Both the position numbers and the translations under genes were made by a program. From Candidatus Micrarchaeota archaeon (GTDB lineage: Archaea > Micrarchaeota > Micrarchaeia > Anstonellales > Bilamarchaeaceae), in the NCBI GenBank assembly GCA_043800955.1, contig JAZDMN010000078.1, positions 1-59,881 of the forward strand: 59,881 nucleotides of DNA, read 5' to 3'. Below, one piece after another: positions 44,611 through 53,832 of this stretch (positions within the stretch are counted from its first letter, which is position 1; each line of letters starts with the position of its first letter). A model generated the notes under the pieces. It did not search any database, was not told the DNA's origin, and worked only from the letters and a program-made list of their open reading frames with translations.

Positions 44611-45735
44611 ATGAGCATGATAGCACAGGAAACATACGATAAGCTTGCAAAAGGCGACAGCGCCCCCCTTGACGAAGTCAGCGCAGCAATATCATCCAGG
44701 AACCTGACTCAGCCGGAGATAAACGCCACCTGGAAGGCCCTTTTTGAGGCGGTTTCTTCGAAAAATGGCAATACCGCCCGGTTGGTCGATTTGGGCATCT
44801 CTCTGTGCAACATCTCCCAGAACCCGGAGGCCCGCGACATGCACGAGAAGCTTTTCATGCTGGCTGCCTTTCCGCTCAATCCCCGCGCGCATGTTGCGAT
44901 TATCGGTGTAGGCGCATCAGTAGTCAGGATAAATGCCGGCGAGGTGGAAACGAAAGCCGTTGACAGGCAATGGTACCTCGGGATGGCCAAGAGATGCCTG
45001 ATAAACGCCATCCATGCAAACGAGGGTGCGATAAAGAAGGCCGGGGAGAAGGGCGACCCAATCCAGGACATGGAGCAGAACGTGATATTCATTATCGAAG
45101 CGCTGAGGCAAATCGAAGGGAACGACGTCAAGGCCGAGCTTGTGGCAATCGTCCGCAACGGCTTCGGAAAGAAGGTCAAGGATGTTGCAGGGGGCAGCAT
45201 AGGGCCCATCCGCATAAGGGATGAAGCAGATGGGGCGACGGCCGACAAGGACTTCCTCATCGAAACGGTCTATCCTGACCCGACGACCCCGCAGAGGATG
45301 TACATAGAATGCATATTCAGCGCGGTTGAGACTGTCTATTCCGGTAAAGCAAGTGAAAACGAGACCGCGATTGCCCTTAAACAGCTGACGACTTTCGGCG
45401 CTCAGCCAGGCGAAATCGGCTCCCTTTTCGACGCGCACAGCCTCAGGGTCATAACAAGGAATGTCGAGAACGCGCTCCTTCATGCGCTCTCTAGCCCGAA
45501 TCCTGCGCACAGGGAAGTGGCTGCAGCCGGGCTTGAGAAAATCGGCAGCGACCGCATCGAAGAGATACTCGAGCGGATAGTCGCACGCAGCGGCGAATCA
45601 AGCGAAGTCTCCGCTCTCGCATCCGAGGCGCTCTCCGTAATCAGGGGAAACAAGCTTGAGATATTCGAGGTCAGGCTTCCGCCGCCTTTCCGTAAACCGG
45701 CGCCGCCCCCGCTGCAGAAACGAGCTGTCCAGTAG
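44611..45735 (+). CDS. Hypothetical protein with HEAT-like repeats
   Basis: LLHALSSPNPAHREVAAAGLEKIGSDRIEEILERIV. The second ATG at 44617 is better spaced from AGGTGAT. Confidence 0.5.
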   Translation: MSMIAQETYDKLAKGDSAPLDEVSAAISSRNLTQPEINATWKALFEAVSSKNGNTARLVDLGISLCNISQNPEARDMHEKLFMLAAFPLNPRAHVAIIGVGASVVRINAGEVETKAVDRQWYLGMAKRCLINAIHANEGAIKKAGEKGDPIQDMEQNVIFIIEALRQIEGNDVKAELVAIVRNGFGKKVKDVAGGSIGPIRIRDEADGATADKDFLIETVYPDPTTPQRMYIECIFSAVETVYSGKASENETAIALKQLTTFGAQPGEIGSLFDAHSLRVITRNVENALLHALSSPNPAHREVAAAGLEKIGSDRIEEILERIVARSGESSEVSALASEALSVIRGNKLEIFEVRLPPPFRKPAPPPLQKRAVQ

Positions 45736-45768
45736 CATTAAAACCCTAAGCGGGCAAATCATAATTGA

Positions 45769-46560
45769 ATGGCCAATGTTCGAGTTCTCCGGAGGCAGGA
45801 AAAGGCCTATATTGAGCTTCCATCTGCCATTGCTGGGTACGATGAGCTCGAGCTTTTCATGCTGAAAGAGGGCTATTACCTGATTACTGTTCCTTTGGGC
45901 GTTCATGCGCCCCAGCAAACCCTGGAGAAAGGCCGTTTAAGCGAGGCTGAAATCGCCATCATGAAAAAGCTCCTTTCTATAAGATTCGAGAACCGCACGC
46001 CGGAGTATGTTGGGAAGGCGCTTTCGGAAAGCGAGATGAAAACGCTCCACGGGTTAGAGCAGAGGGGAATGGTCAATGTTTTCCGGGGGACCAAGTACAA
46101 GGACGGCGTCTACAATATCAGCGACCACATCTATCCGCTCCTCCAGAAAAGCCAGGGGGCGCCATCAACGGACGCTCCAGCGGAAATAAAGCCGCAGGCG
46201 ACAAGCCCCAGGGGCGCGGCCCCCGGAAGCCAGACCGGGGCGATGCTTCAGAGCCAGGGATTCATAATCATCCAGGACAAGCGCGAGGCGATGATGCTTT
46301 CCGAGGGGCTTGGCCCGCAGATGAAAAGCGGTGCTGTCGTCGGTGTGAAAGGCTTCGACGGAAAATTCTACATCGTCACAAGGGAGTACTACTCGAAGGC
46401 CAGGGCACTGATAGACGCAGCGTTGAAGGGCCAGATGGACGCTCCTTCCGTCGCATCAGCGACCAGGCTTGACCCGGAGGGATGCCTGGCGGTGCTGCGC
46501 CTGATGGCTGAAAACGGGGACATAATCGAGAAGAAGAAGGGCATTTTCGCGCCAGTCTGA
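45769..46560 (+). CDS. Hypothetical protein with two wHTH-like regions
   Basis: LSEAEIAIMKKLLSI...LEQRGMVNV and ATRLDPEGCLAVLRLMAENGDIIE. Confidence 0.5.
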   Translation: MANVRVLRRQEKAYIELPSAIAGYDELELFMLKEGYYLITVPLGVHAPQQTLEKGRLSEAEIAIMKKLLSIRFENRTPEYVGKALSESEMKTLHGLEQRGMVNVFRGTKYKDGVYNISDHIYPLLQKSQGAPSTDAPAEIKPQATSPRGAAPGSQTGAMLQSQGFIIIQDKREAMMLSEGLGPQMKSGAVVGVKGFDGKFYIVTREYYSKARALIDAALKGQMDAPSVASATRLDPEGCLAVLRLMAENGDIIEKKKGIFAPV

Positions 46561-46604
46561 AAAGGCACGGAATCCGCGCATGGGGAAGCGCTGAGGGAGT
46601 AACA

Positions 46605-47744
46605 GTGATAGTGAAGGACGAAATACACGGCACAATCGGGTTCGACGACCTCGAGGAGAGGGTCATAGACAGCAGGCTGTTCCAGAGGCTGCGGCGCATC
46701 AGGCAGATGTCGGTGACGAACCTCGTCTATCCTGGCGCCAATCACACCCGCTTCGAGCATTCGCTCGGCACCGCCCACCTCGCATTCGTCATCGCACGGA
46801 ATGTCGGGCTGGAAGAGGATGAAATCCGCAAGGTCAAGCTCTACGGCCTGCTCCATGATATAGGGCATGTGCCCTTTTCCCATGAAGGCGAGGACATACT
46901 GGCAAGATACGTCGGGAACCATGAGGAGCGCGGGGAAAGGCTCATCGAAAAGGACGAGATAGCAGATATCATCAGCGAGAATTTCAACCCCGCCCAGATA
47001 GCCGGCATAGGAAAATCCCCATACGGCAGTATCGTAACATCCGACCTCGGTGCCGACCGCATGGATTACCTCAAAAGGGACGCCCTCAACACAGGCGTGG
47101 CATATGGGGTCATAGACATCGACCGCATCGTGCACACGCTGACGATGAAAGACGGCGAGCTCTGCATCGAGAAAGGCGGGTTCGAGGCGGCCGAATACCT
47201 GCTTGTTGCGAGGTTCATGATGTTCTCGACGGTCTACCTCCACCGGACGGTGAGGATTGCGACCGCGATGCTGTACCGGGCGCTGGAAGGGACGATTGGG
47301 GATGGTGAAGTCACGCCTGCCCAGCTCGCAGCAATGGACGATGAGGAGGCGCTTGCTGCTCTTTCGCATTCGGCAACCGGGGGCCGGTATGCGAAGGCGC
47401 TTACCGAAAGGAGGCTATACAAAGAGATTGCCTCCCTTCCCAAGGAAGGATGGAGCGAGGCCAAGGCTGCCAGGCTGGAAGCCATGCTCACGAAGGAGTC
47501 AGGCAGCGACATCATCGTAGATTTTCCCCGCAGGTTCTTCAAAAGCGTGGAATTCAAAGTCGACACCGGCAGCGAGCGCGTGCCCATAATCACGTTATCC
47601 AAGCTCGTGCAATCGCTCAAAAAAGCCGAGGAGGACCGGATGAGGCTGCTGGTGCTGGCAGAAGAAAGCGTACGCGAGCGCCAGCCGGATAGGATAAAGA
47701 GTGTTCTTGCTACTTCACTGCGAAAGCTGCAGCGTGCACGATGA
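46605..47744 (+). CDS. HD-domain dNTP triphosphohydrolase-like phosphohydrolase
   Basis: RFEHSLGTAHLA, LLHDIGHVPFSH, DRMDYLKRD. Confidence 0.8.
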   Translation: MIVKDEIHGTIGFDDLEERVIDSRLFQRLRRIRQMSVTNLVYPGANHTRFEHSLGTAHLAFVIARNVGLEEDEIRKVKLYGLLHDIGHVPFSHEGEDILARYVGNHEERGERLIEKDEIADIISENFNPAQIAGIGKSPYGSIVTSDLGADRMDYLKRDALNTGVAYGVIDIDRIVHTLTMKDGELCIEKGGFEAAEYLLVARFMMFSTVYLHRTVRIATAMLYRALEGTIGDGEVTPAQLAAMDDEEALAALSHSATGGRYAKALTERRLYKEIASLPKEGWSEAKAARLEAMLTKESGSDIIVDFPRRFFKSVEFKVDTGSERVPIITLSKLVQSLKKAEEDRMRLLVLAEESVRERQPDRIKSVLATSLRKLQRAR

Positions 47745-47877
47745 CGACAATCAGGACTATTGCCATCACAAGGTATTTCGGGTCGATTTCCATGCCGCTG
47801 ATTTTTATGTCCGGCGAGAATCCTATGATTCCGGCCGAAGTCATCGGCATCGAGACCTTTTCCTGCTTCATTGACAT
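47710..47877 (-). CDS. Possible 55-aa tail-anchored small membrane protein (below the ORF-track cutoff)
   Basis: Own translation: MSMKQEKVSMPMTSAGIIGFSPDIKISGMEIDPKYLVMAIVLIVVIVHAAAFAVK. Confidence 0.25.
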   Translation of the reverse strand: MSMKQEKVSMPMTSAGIIGFSPDIKISGMEIDPKYLVMAIVLIVVIVHAAAFAVK

Positions 47878-47933
47878 AGAAAAACAAATTTGATGCGAAT
47901 ATTATAAAAGCCTTTACCACCTCATAATACCGT

Positions 47934-48674
47934 ATGGGCGACGTTGAAATTCACAGGACCGCGGATATGAAGAAACTCCGGAAGCCGACCCTCATCATGG
48001 GATTCCCGGGCACAGGGCTGGTCGGCAGCGTCGCCGCATCGCAGATTGTCGAATCCCTGCAGATGGATTTCGGCGGGTATATCTCGAGCGCTGAGTTCGC
48101 CCCGCTTGCGGCAATACATGACTACAAACCGATGCCGGCAGCGCGCATCCATTACTCCGAAAAACAGAACATGATAGTGATAATCTCCGAAATGACGATT
48201 CCGGTCGGCTCGTCGCAGGATGTCGCCGACAAGATATACGAATTCGCAAAATCGGTCGGCGCATCCACCATCATCTCGCTTGGCGGCATCTCGCTCCAGG
48301 ACGAGAAGAAGGGCGTGTTCGTCGTATCGAGCGACGCCGCAATCGTAAAGGACATCATCGCGAAGAAAATCGCCAAGCCCATCCGTGAAGGCGCGACTAC
48401 CGGCGTTACCGGAATCCTGCTCGCCAAGGGGACGCTGGACAGCTTCCCGGTCACCACAATCCTGGCCGAATCATCGGAGGAGTACCTGGATCCGCGAGCC
48501 GCGTCGAACGTCCTCAAGGTCCTTAGCAGGATAACTGGCGTGCAGTTCAACACCGCAAAGCTCGAGAAGGAAGCCGAGGAGTTCTCCAAGGACATCAAGG
48601 AGTCCGTCCTGAAATCCAGAATCATGAGGAAGAAGGGCCCGAGCGCGAACGAAGGCGGCTCGATGTACGGGTAA
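47934..48674 (+). CDS. PAC2-family proteasome assembly chaperone (PbaA/PbaB-like)
   Basis: PTLIMGFPGTGLVGSVAASQIV. The C-terminus ...GGSMYG ends in a hydrophobic-Tyr-X (HbYX) motif. Confidence 0.75.
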   Translation: MGDVEIHRTADMKKLRKPTLIMGFPGTGLVGSVAASQIVESLQMDFGGYISSAEFAPLAAIHDYKPMPAARIHYSEKQNMIVIISEMTIPVGSSQDVADKIYEFAKSVGASTIISLGGISLQDEKKGVFVVSSDAAIVKDIIAKKIAKPIREGATTGVTGILLAKGTLDSFPVTTILAESSEEYLDPRAASNVLKVLSRITGVQFNTAKLEKEAEEFSKDIKESVLKSRIMRKKGPSANEGGSMYG

Positions 48675-48750
48675 GCGGGCATTCCAGAAAAGCAATTGAG
48701 ATTCGCTCACCCACGGGTCTGGCGCACTGAAGGGCCAATCAGGTTTCCAT

Positions 48751-49791
48751 ATGCTTTACAGAAAAGTTTTTCCAAGGGAGTACCTGAGCCTCTGCCCCAA
48801 TGAGTCCGAGAGGAAGAGGATAGTTCGGGCAGAGGGGCTGGTGGATTTTGTCGAGCTTGGCCGCTATGGCGGGGGGGTGCTCAGGAACGAACGTGACCTC
48901 CAGTCGTTGTATGCCCATCTTTTCCCTAACCCGAACGAGAGGATTCCCTGGGACAGGCTCGTCGAGGCGATGGGACAGCACGACGGGGCGCAGTGGAAGG
49001 AAATCGCAAGGCTCGGGTTCCACGCAAGGATGCACGCCCTTGCCGCACTCCGCGAGGGAAGGGTGGTCGGCATCTCTTTTTTCAAGAGCATGAGGATGGA
49101 CTGCCAGGGCTACCTGACCGGCCTCATGTACAGCGGCGTGGCCGACCGCGCATATGCAAAAGCAGCATACGGCATCGACAGGGTCTTCCGCGGCGCAGGG
49201 ATAACTGATGCGTTCTATCTCCTTTCGCATGGGATAACGCTTGAGGATGCGGAATCCGACGGCAGGAAGAACGTATTCGGCACTATAGGCGACTGCGAGT
49301 TAATCGGGCAGGGGTTGAGCAAAGAGCATATCAGGTTCACGAAAATGAGGCTGGATATCCATGCCAGGCACGGATTGCTGCCTGTGATGTTCGAGACTGG
49401 GCCCGGTTGCTGGGTCACCCCAGTCGTCCAGCCGTCCCTCGGAAATGGGAGGGTGCCGCTTGTGATGCATATGCTCTTCAAGCCGTTTAGTCCCGGTTTC
49501 CATGTCGAAGAGGGGATGCTCGAACTTGACCGTGAGCTTGTAGGCAAGCTGGTGAGGGCGTACATAAGGAGCTATGATTCCCTTGAGAATGAGCCGGAGG
49601 CCATCGCATTCGCCAGGGATGCTATGATAACCAGGCTGGAAGCGGCAAGGCGAATGATGATAATGCACCCGGATGCCCTTCCGGACATTGGAACGCTTGC
49701 AGGCGCTGATCCACTCCTGCGGGCGCAGATTGAGCGCGATTTCGGGGATTTGAAGACGCATCTCGAACGCGTGAGGGATGCCTTAGGCTGA
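48751..49791 (+). CDS. Hypothetical protein
   Basis: 346-aa ORF with no motif recognised with confidence. Confidence 0.5.
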   Translation: MLYRKVFPREYLSLCPNESERKRIVRAEGLVDFVELGRYGGGVLRNERDLQSLYAHLFPNPNERIPWDRLVEAMGQHDGAQWKEIARLGFHARMHALAALREGRVVGISFFKSMRMDCQGYLTGLMYSGVADRAYAKAAYGIDRVFRGAGITDAFYLLSHGITLEDAESDGRKNVFGTIGDCELIGQGLSKEHIRFTKMRLDIHARHGLLPVMFETGPGCWVTPVVQPSLGNGRVPLVMHMLFKPFSPGFHVEEGMLELDRELVGKLVRAYIRSYDSLENEPEAIAFARDAMITRLEAARRMMIMHPDALPDIGTLAGADPLLRAQIERDFGDLKTHLERVRDALG

Positions 49792-49937
49792 TTTTTTACA
49801 ATCCTTTTTTCCGGTGCCTTTGGGAATCAGGAAGTTTGATAAAGACTTGAATAGACAGTTTTGATGAAACTTCCCTATTGTTCTTTGAACAATGGGGTGC
49901 AAAGAACGAAGTTCTTTGCCATTCCTAAAAGTTTGAT

Positions 49938-49952
49938 GCAGGAGTAGCGAAG
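49938..49952 (+). repeat. Orphan perfect copy of the first 15 nt of tRNA-Leu
   Basis: GCAGGAGTAGCGAAG at 49938-49952 and again at 50011-50025. Confidence 0.7.
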
Positions 49953-50010
49953 TTATTGAACTGCGGTTCAATATTCGCCGCTCCCGCTAAGGTGAAACAG
50001 ATGTTTTCAC

Positions 50011-50129
50011 GCAGGAGTAGCGAAGCGGTCAAACGCGGTGGACTTAAGAGCCGTATATTCCCGAGCCGAATGCGGCATGGGAAATCCTCTGGCTTAGTGC
50101 CTTCGAAGGTTCGAATCCTTCCTCCTGCA
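50011..50129 (+). tRNA. tRNA-Leu(UAA), class II, with ~35-nt intron at 37/38 (50049..50083)
   Basis: GCAGGAG/CTCCTGC plus A. D-arm GCG-AAGCGGTCAAA-CGC. Anticodon arm GTGGA-CTTAAG[intron]A-TCCTC (one U-U mismatch). Variable arm TGGCTTAGTGCCTTC. T-arm GAAGG-TTCGAAT-CCTTC. Confidence 0.75.
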
Positions 50130-50240
50130 TATAGTTTTTTGTTATAATCTCAAATCGCCGCTTCGTCTATTACTCTAATTGATTCCGTTTTTTGACGATA
50201 TGATACAAATGTTTTTATAGCTCTTAACACAAAATTACTC

Positions 50241-50936
50241 ATGGAAATAATTCCAAGTCCAACCCTGCTGGCCCCATACGATTTACTATCTAGTCAGCTA
50301 TGCGTATTTGACTCAATCAGATCATCTCTTTCATTCGCTCATGCCGCTTCCCAACTATGTATGCCATTAGTGAATAATACGCTACAGATAGCGATAAAGC
50401 AAATCCAGCAGACGTATGATGCAGTAAAGAATCTCATTCAATCCTCACTGTCGAGCATTCTTGAGAATATCCAGTGGTTCTTCAGGCAATTGAATGTAAT
50501 CATTCGTAAGGCGTATATCAGGTTCTTTGCAGTCGACGAGGACCAATTGGACAATAACCTGGTGGGGGCTTCGCCTCAATATGCGTCTATGCGTCGATCA
50601 GCTTGGAAGGCTTACAAAGATAAAAATACTGAAGACTATGCCCGGCAGGCGTGCATATCCATGCGCGAGTTGTATAATGACTGTATTGGGAAGAATCCGA
50701 CTTATCGCGATAGCATAAAAAAGAAGCTTCGGGGTAGAGAACAAACCTTAGTTGATTATATCTGTGACCTGAATAAAGAGGTTGCTGATGACCTAAGTAC
50801 CCAGTGTCATACTAGGGGGGTAGGAGAGGTCATCGATATCGAGTTAGTCTTTTATCAGGCGCAATTTGTTCTTTTTGCTTTGTTTAATCCAAATTATTTA
50901 GATTCAAGATTCGCCGCCCATGCAAGTGCTAGTTAG
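50241..50936 (+). CDS. Hypothetical protein (island)
   Basis: 231-aa ORF with no recognisable motif. Confidence 0.45.
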   Translation: MEIIPSPTLLAPYDLLSSQLCVFDSIRSSLSFAHAASQLCMPLVNNTLQIAIKQIQQTYDAVKNLIQSSLSSILENIQWFFRQLNVIIRKAYIRFFAVDEDQLDNNLVGASPQYASMRRSAWKAYKDKNTEDYARQACISMRELYNDCIGKNPTYRDSIKKKLRGREQTLVDYICDLNKEVADDLSTQCHTRGVGEVIDIELVFYQAQFVLFALFNPNYLDSRFAAHASAS

Positions 50937-51042
50937 ACCTTCATCAGATAGCATAGGTTACATACGAATAAATCATTTTGCTCCAATGAATAAGCTATCA
51001 GTGGGTTCCTCCTAAGCAGCGCGTCCCCTTTGGGGTGTTGAG

Positions 51043-52056
51043 ATGAGTTACGAGAATCAGATAATAGATGTCGAGAAAATCATTTCCGAACATGTCAGAT
51101 ACTTCTCGCCCAGGAGGAAGAACTACCTTAAGGGCCGGTTGGAAGACTTTACAAATAAAGTTTATCACTTTGGCGAGATTGAACTCCAATTAGTGGTAGA
51201 CGCAAACATGATGATCGCGGCGGGTATTGCCAAGTGTAAGGGCAGGTTTTCTTTTTTCTATGAACTAGCGAATTCACCGCATCTGAAGCTTTGTGCGCCA
51301 CCAACACTCATTCAGGAACTAGAAAAAAACATCCCAAAAAGGGCGGAAGAGAATAAAGTTGAAGCTTCTGCAGTTAAAGCTTCAATTGAACCGCTTCTCA
51401 ACAAGGTATCTATCCTCAAAGCTGATGACCCCGCCCTCCAAAAAGCAGACAAGCTCATTGGAGCTAGGGATCCGGGAGATGTTTCTTACGTTGCATTATC
51501 TATCCATACTAGATCGCATGGGGTTCTAACCAACGACAACGACATCAAAGAGTTACCTCAAATCGCTAGCTGGAATCTTAGCGGAGTAGCTAAGGTCTTA
51601 ACAATCTTCGAAAATGGGTCTTTCTCATTTCACGCATTAGCGTTCGATGTTCCTGTCCTCCTTAGAATATTATATGAAGCCTGTCTGTGTATTCTGGGTT
51701 ATATATGGAGAACGATTACAAGTATGATTTCTAGTTTTGCTCAGATAGTTAGTGGGGGTTTGGCTGCCATGTCCAAATCATCTGCCTTAACTGCCTTAGT
51801 AATCCTTAGTGTCATTGGCGTATATATTTACGCAAAAGACCTTTGCGTTCAAATACTAGCCGATGTCGCTTCGAAAATCTCGAATTTCCTTAACAGTGTC
51901 TATAATGCGATAAAAAGTATCATAGGATTCGCTGGTGGGCTTATCCAAATGGGAATTTCTGTTCTTGCACTACTTTTCAAGAACGTCGAGAATACGATTA
52001 CAACATACAAGAATCTTTCTGAGAACCCTACAACTGTAGCATCAAATTTCTGTTGA
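51043..52056 (+). CDS. PIN-domain nuclease fused to a C-terminal multi-TM region
   Basis: LVVDANMMIAAG, IQELEK, DPGDVSYVALS, VLTNDNDI. These are followed by ~4 hydrophobic segments (ALTALVILSVIGVYIY, GFAGGLIQMGISVLALLF). Confidence 0.6.
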   Translation: MSYENQIIDVEKIISEHVRYFSPRRKNYLKGRLEDFTNKVYHFGEIELQLVVDANMMIAAGIAKCKGRFSFFYELANSPHLKLCAPPTLIQELEKNIPKRAEENKVEASAVKASIEPLLNKVSILKADDPALQKADKLIGARDPGDVSYVALSIHTRSHGVLTNDNDIKELPQIASWNLSGVAKVLTIFENGSFSFHALAFDVPVLLRILYEACLCILGYIWRTITSMISSFAQIVSGGLAAMSKSSALTALVILSVIGVYIYAKDLCVQILADVASKISNFLNSVYNAIKSIIGFAGGLIQMGISVLALLFKNVENTITTYKNLSENPTTVASNFC

Positions 52057-52191
52057 TATTTCCGACCGTTCTCAGGGCATCGTCGTATAAGGGTCTGGCA
52101 GAGCCTTATAAAGCCGGAACAAAAACTCAGGGGATTGACGAGATGCTCTCAGGCCTGAGAATATATAGAACCTAGCTCAGAACAGGGCTCC

Positions 52192-53391
52192 ATGAACGAA
52201 TACACAATTTACAAGCATCAGACAAATATGGAGCAGGAACTCAAACGACTTAATGCTTCGGGTTTACCTCTCAAAACAAAGGGAATAATCGAAGAATTCG
52301 CCAAAATGCGACTTGCCAGGGGGGCTACCAAGCTGAGGGTAGTTAAGTGCATGTGGTGCCTCCGTCTTATGGCGTCCTGGCTCAATAAAGACTTTAAGAA
52401 AGCGAACCAGAACGACCTTCTGAACCTTGTTTCTGCGCTGGATATGAAAGACTATTCCGAATACACCAAATACGATTTCAAGATTGTCCTCAAAACATTC
52501 TACAAATGGCTTTTGGGCGAGGATGAGGAGTTCCCGAAGGTCATCAAGTGGCTTAAACCAAAGCTCAAGAACAAGAAGCATAAGCTACCAGAGGAGCTTT
52601 TGAGCGTAGAGGAAGTCCAAAAGCTCGCTAATGCTACGACAAACCCGCGCGATAAAGCCCTTATTTTGGCTTTATACGAGTCTGGATGTCGTATTGGAGA
52701 GATATTATACCTCAAGCTCAAGAACGTCCAATTTGACCAATATGGCGCTATCCTGAGAGTATCTGGTAAAACAGGAGACCGACGGGTTCGTATTATTGCC
52801 TCGGTTCAAGTGCTTTCCCTTTGGCTGCAGGAACACCCTGATAAGGATAACCCCGAGGCTCCTATGTGGCCCGGTAGGCTTGGACGATACCGGCCGGAGC
52901 CATGTTCTTACCCCACAATATTGGCGATGCTCATTCGGGCCAGAAAGGCTGCTGGCATAAAGAAACGGGTTTATCCTCACCTTTTCAGGCATTCCCGAGC
53001 TACGGCCCTCGCAAACAAGCTAACCGAAGCGCAAATGAAGGAATATTTTGGTTGGACTCAAGGCTCGGAGATGGCAGCTACATACGTTCATTTGTCAGGC
53101 CGAGATGTTGATTCGGCGCTACTTCAGATGTATTCGATGAAAGATGTTCCAACCCAGAAAGAGGTCAAGTTGGATATTCGCACTTGCATACGCTGCAAAG
53201 AGAAAAACTCACCAACTCAGACATTCTGCGGAAAATGCGGAAATCCGCTTGACGAAAAATTGATTCTTGAAGATCCGAACAAGAAGCCGAATGAGCTGAT
53301 GAATGCCTTAATCGAAGACAAAGAAGTGAAGGAGCTGCTCGTAAGGAAAATAGCTGAGCTTGGGCTAGAGGATAAACTGAAGGTGTGCTAA
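52192..53391 (+). CDS. Tyrosine recombinase/integrase with C-terminal zinc ribbon
   Basis: GCRIGEILYLKLKNV (Arg), HLFRHSRAT (HxxR), ATYVHLS (Tyr), CIRCKEK...CGKCGNPL. Confidence 0.85.
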   Translation: MNEYTIYKHQTNMEQELKRLNASGLPLKTKGIIEEFAKMRLARGATKLRVVKCMWCLRLMASWLNKDFKKANQNDLLNLVSALDMKDYSEYTKYDFKIVLKTFYKWLLGEDEEFPKVIKWLKPKLKNKKHKLPEELLSVEEVQKLANATTNPRDKALILALYESGCRIGEILYLKLKNVQFDQYGAILRVSGKTGDRRVRIIASVQVLSLWLQEHPDKDNPEAPMWPGRLGRYRPEPCSYPTILAMLIRARKAAGIKKRVYPHLFRHSRATALANKLTEAQMKEYFGWTQGSEMAATYVHLSGRDVDSALLQMYSMKDVPTQKEVKLDIRTCIRCKEKNSPTQTFCGKCGNPLDEKLILEDPNKKPNELMNALIEDKEVKELLVRKIAELGLEDKLKVC

Positions 53392-53832
53392 ATGGGGATT
53401 GTCGAAAACATATATTATCGGTTATTTCCAAAGGCGCTGGAAATAAAACAGAAAAAGGAGGCTCAGGAAGCAAAACGGATTAAAAGAAGGCAAAAAGCAA
53501 ATTTATTACTGGAATACGAAGAGCTTCTCCAGAAAAGAGATGAATTGGTCAAAGAATTGAACAACCAGTCACACCTCCTCAACGAATTCGGGTACCGTAT
53601 TGGTCAAGTAACCAGAGAAGATTTCATACGTAGCAGATTCAAAGGAGAAACCGCAGAATCAATACTGCTGAATTTTGACATATGGAGGATGTACCCTCCG
53701 AAGAAAATAAAGAAAATTGGCCTGGAATGCGAAAAAACCTGGATAGGTCTCTTCGTTGCGGAACAGAAACTGAAATTGCTTGGCCTTGATAGAAGGACAC
53801 ACCCGGAGAGGTATAAGCATGAAGAGTACTGA
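53392..53832 (+). CDS. Hypothetical protein (island)
   Basis: TAAATG junction with the integrase gene; charged, helical-looking sequence. Confidence 0.45.
   Translation: MGIVENIYYRLFPKALEIKQKKEAQEAKRIKRRQKANLLLEYEELLQKRDELVKELNNQSHLLNEFGYRIGQVTREDFIRSRFKGETAESILLNFDIWRMYPPKKIKKIGLECEKTWIGLFVAEQKLKLLGLDRRTHPERYKHEEY

Noticed and set aside
46389-47369. 326-aa ORF on the minus strand
   Set aside because: It is antisense to the HD-domain hydrolase, whose HD/DRMDY motifs are clear.
49855-49870. C/D-box sRNA suggested by TGATGA
   Set aside because: No CTGA D or D' box occurs at the expected 10-12 nt guide spacing, and there are no terminal pairing stems.
49783-50147. Short ORFs 49783..49971 (-) and 49956..50147 (+)
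   Set aside because: They lie over the hairpin-rich spacer and the tRNA-Leu gene itself.
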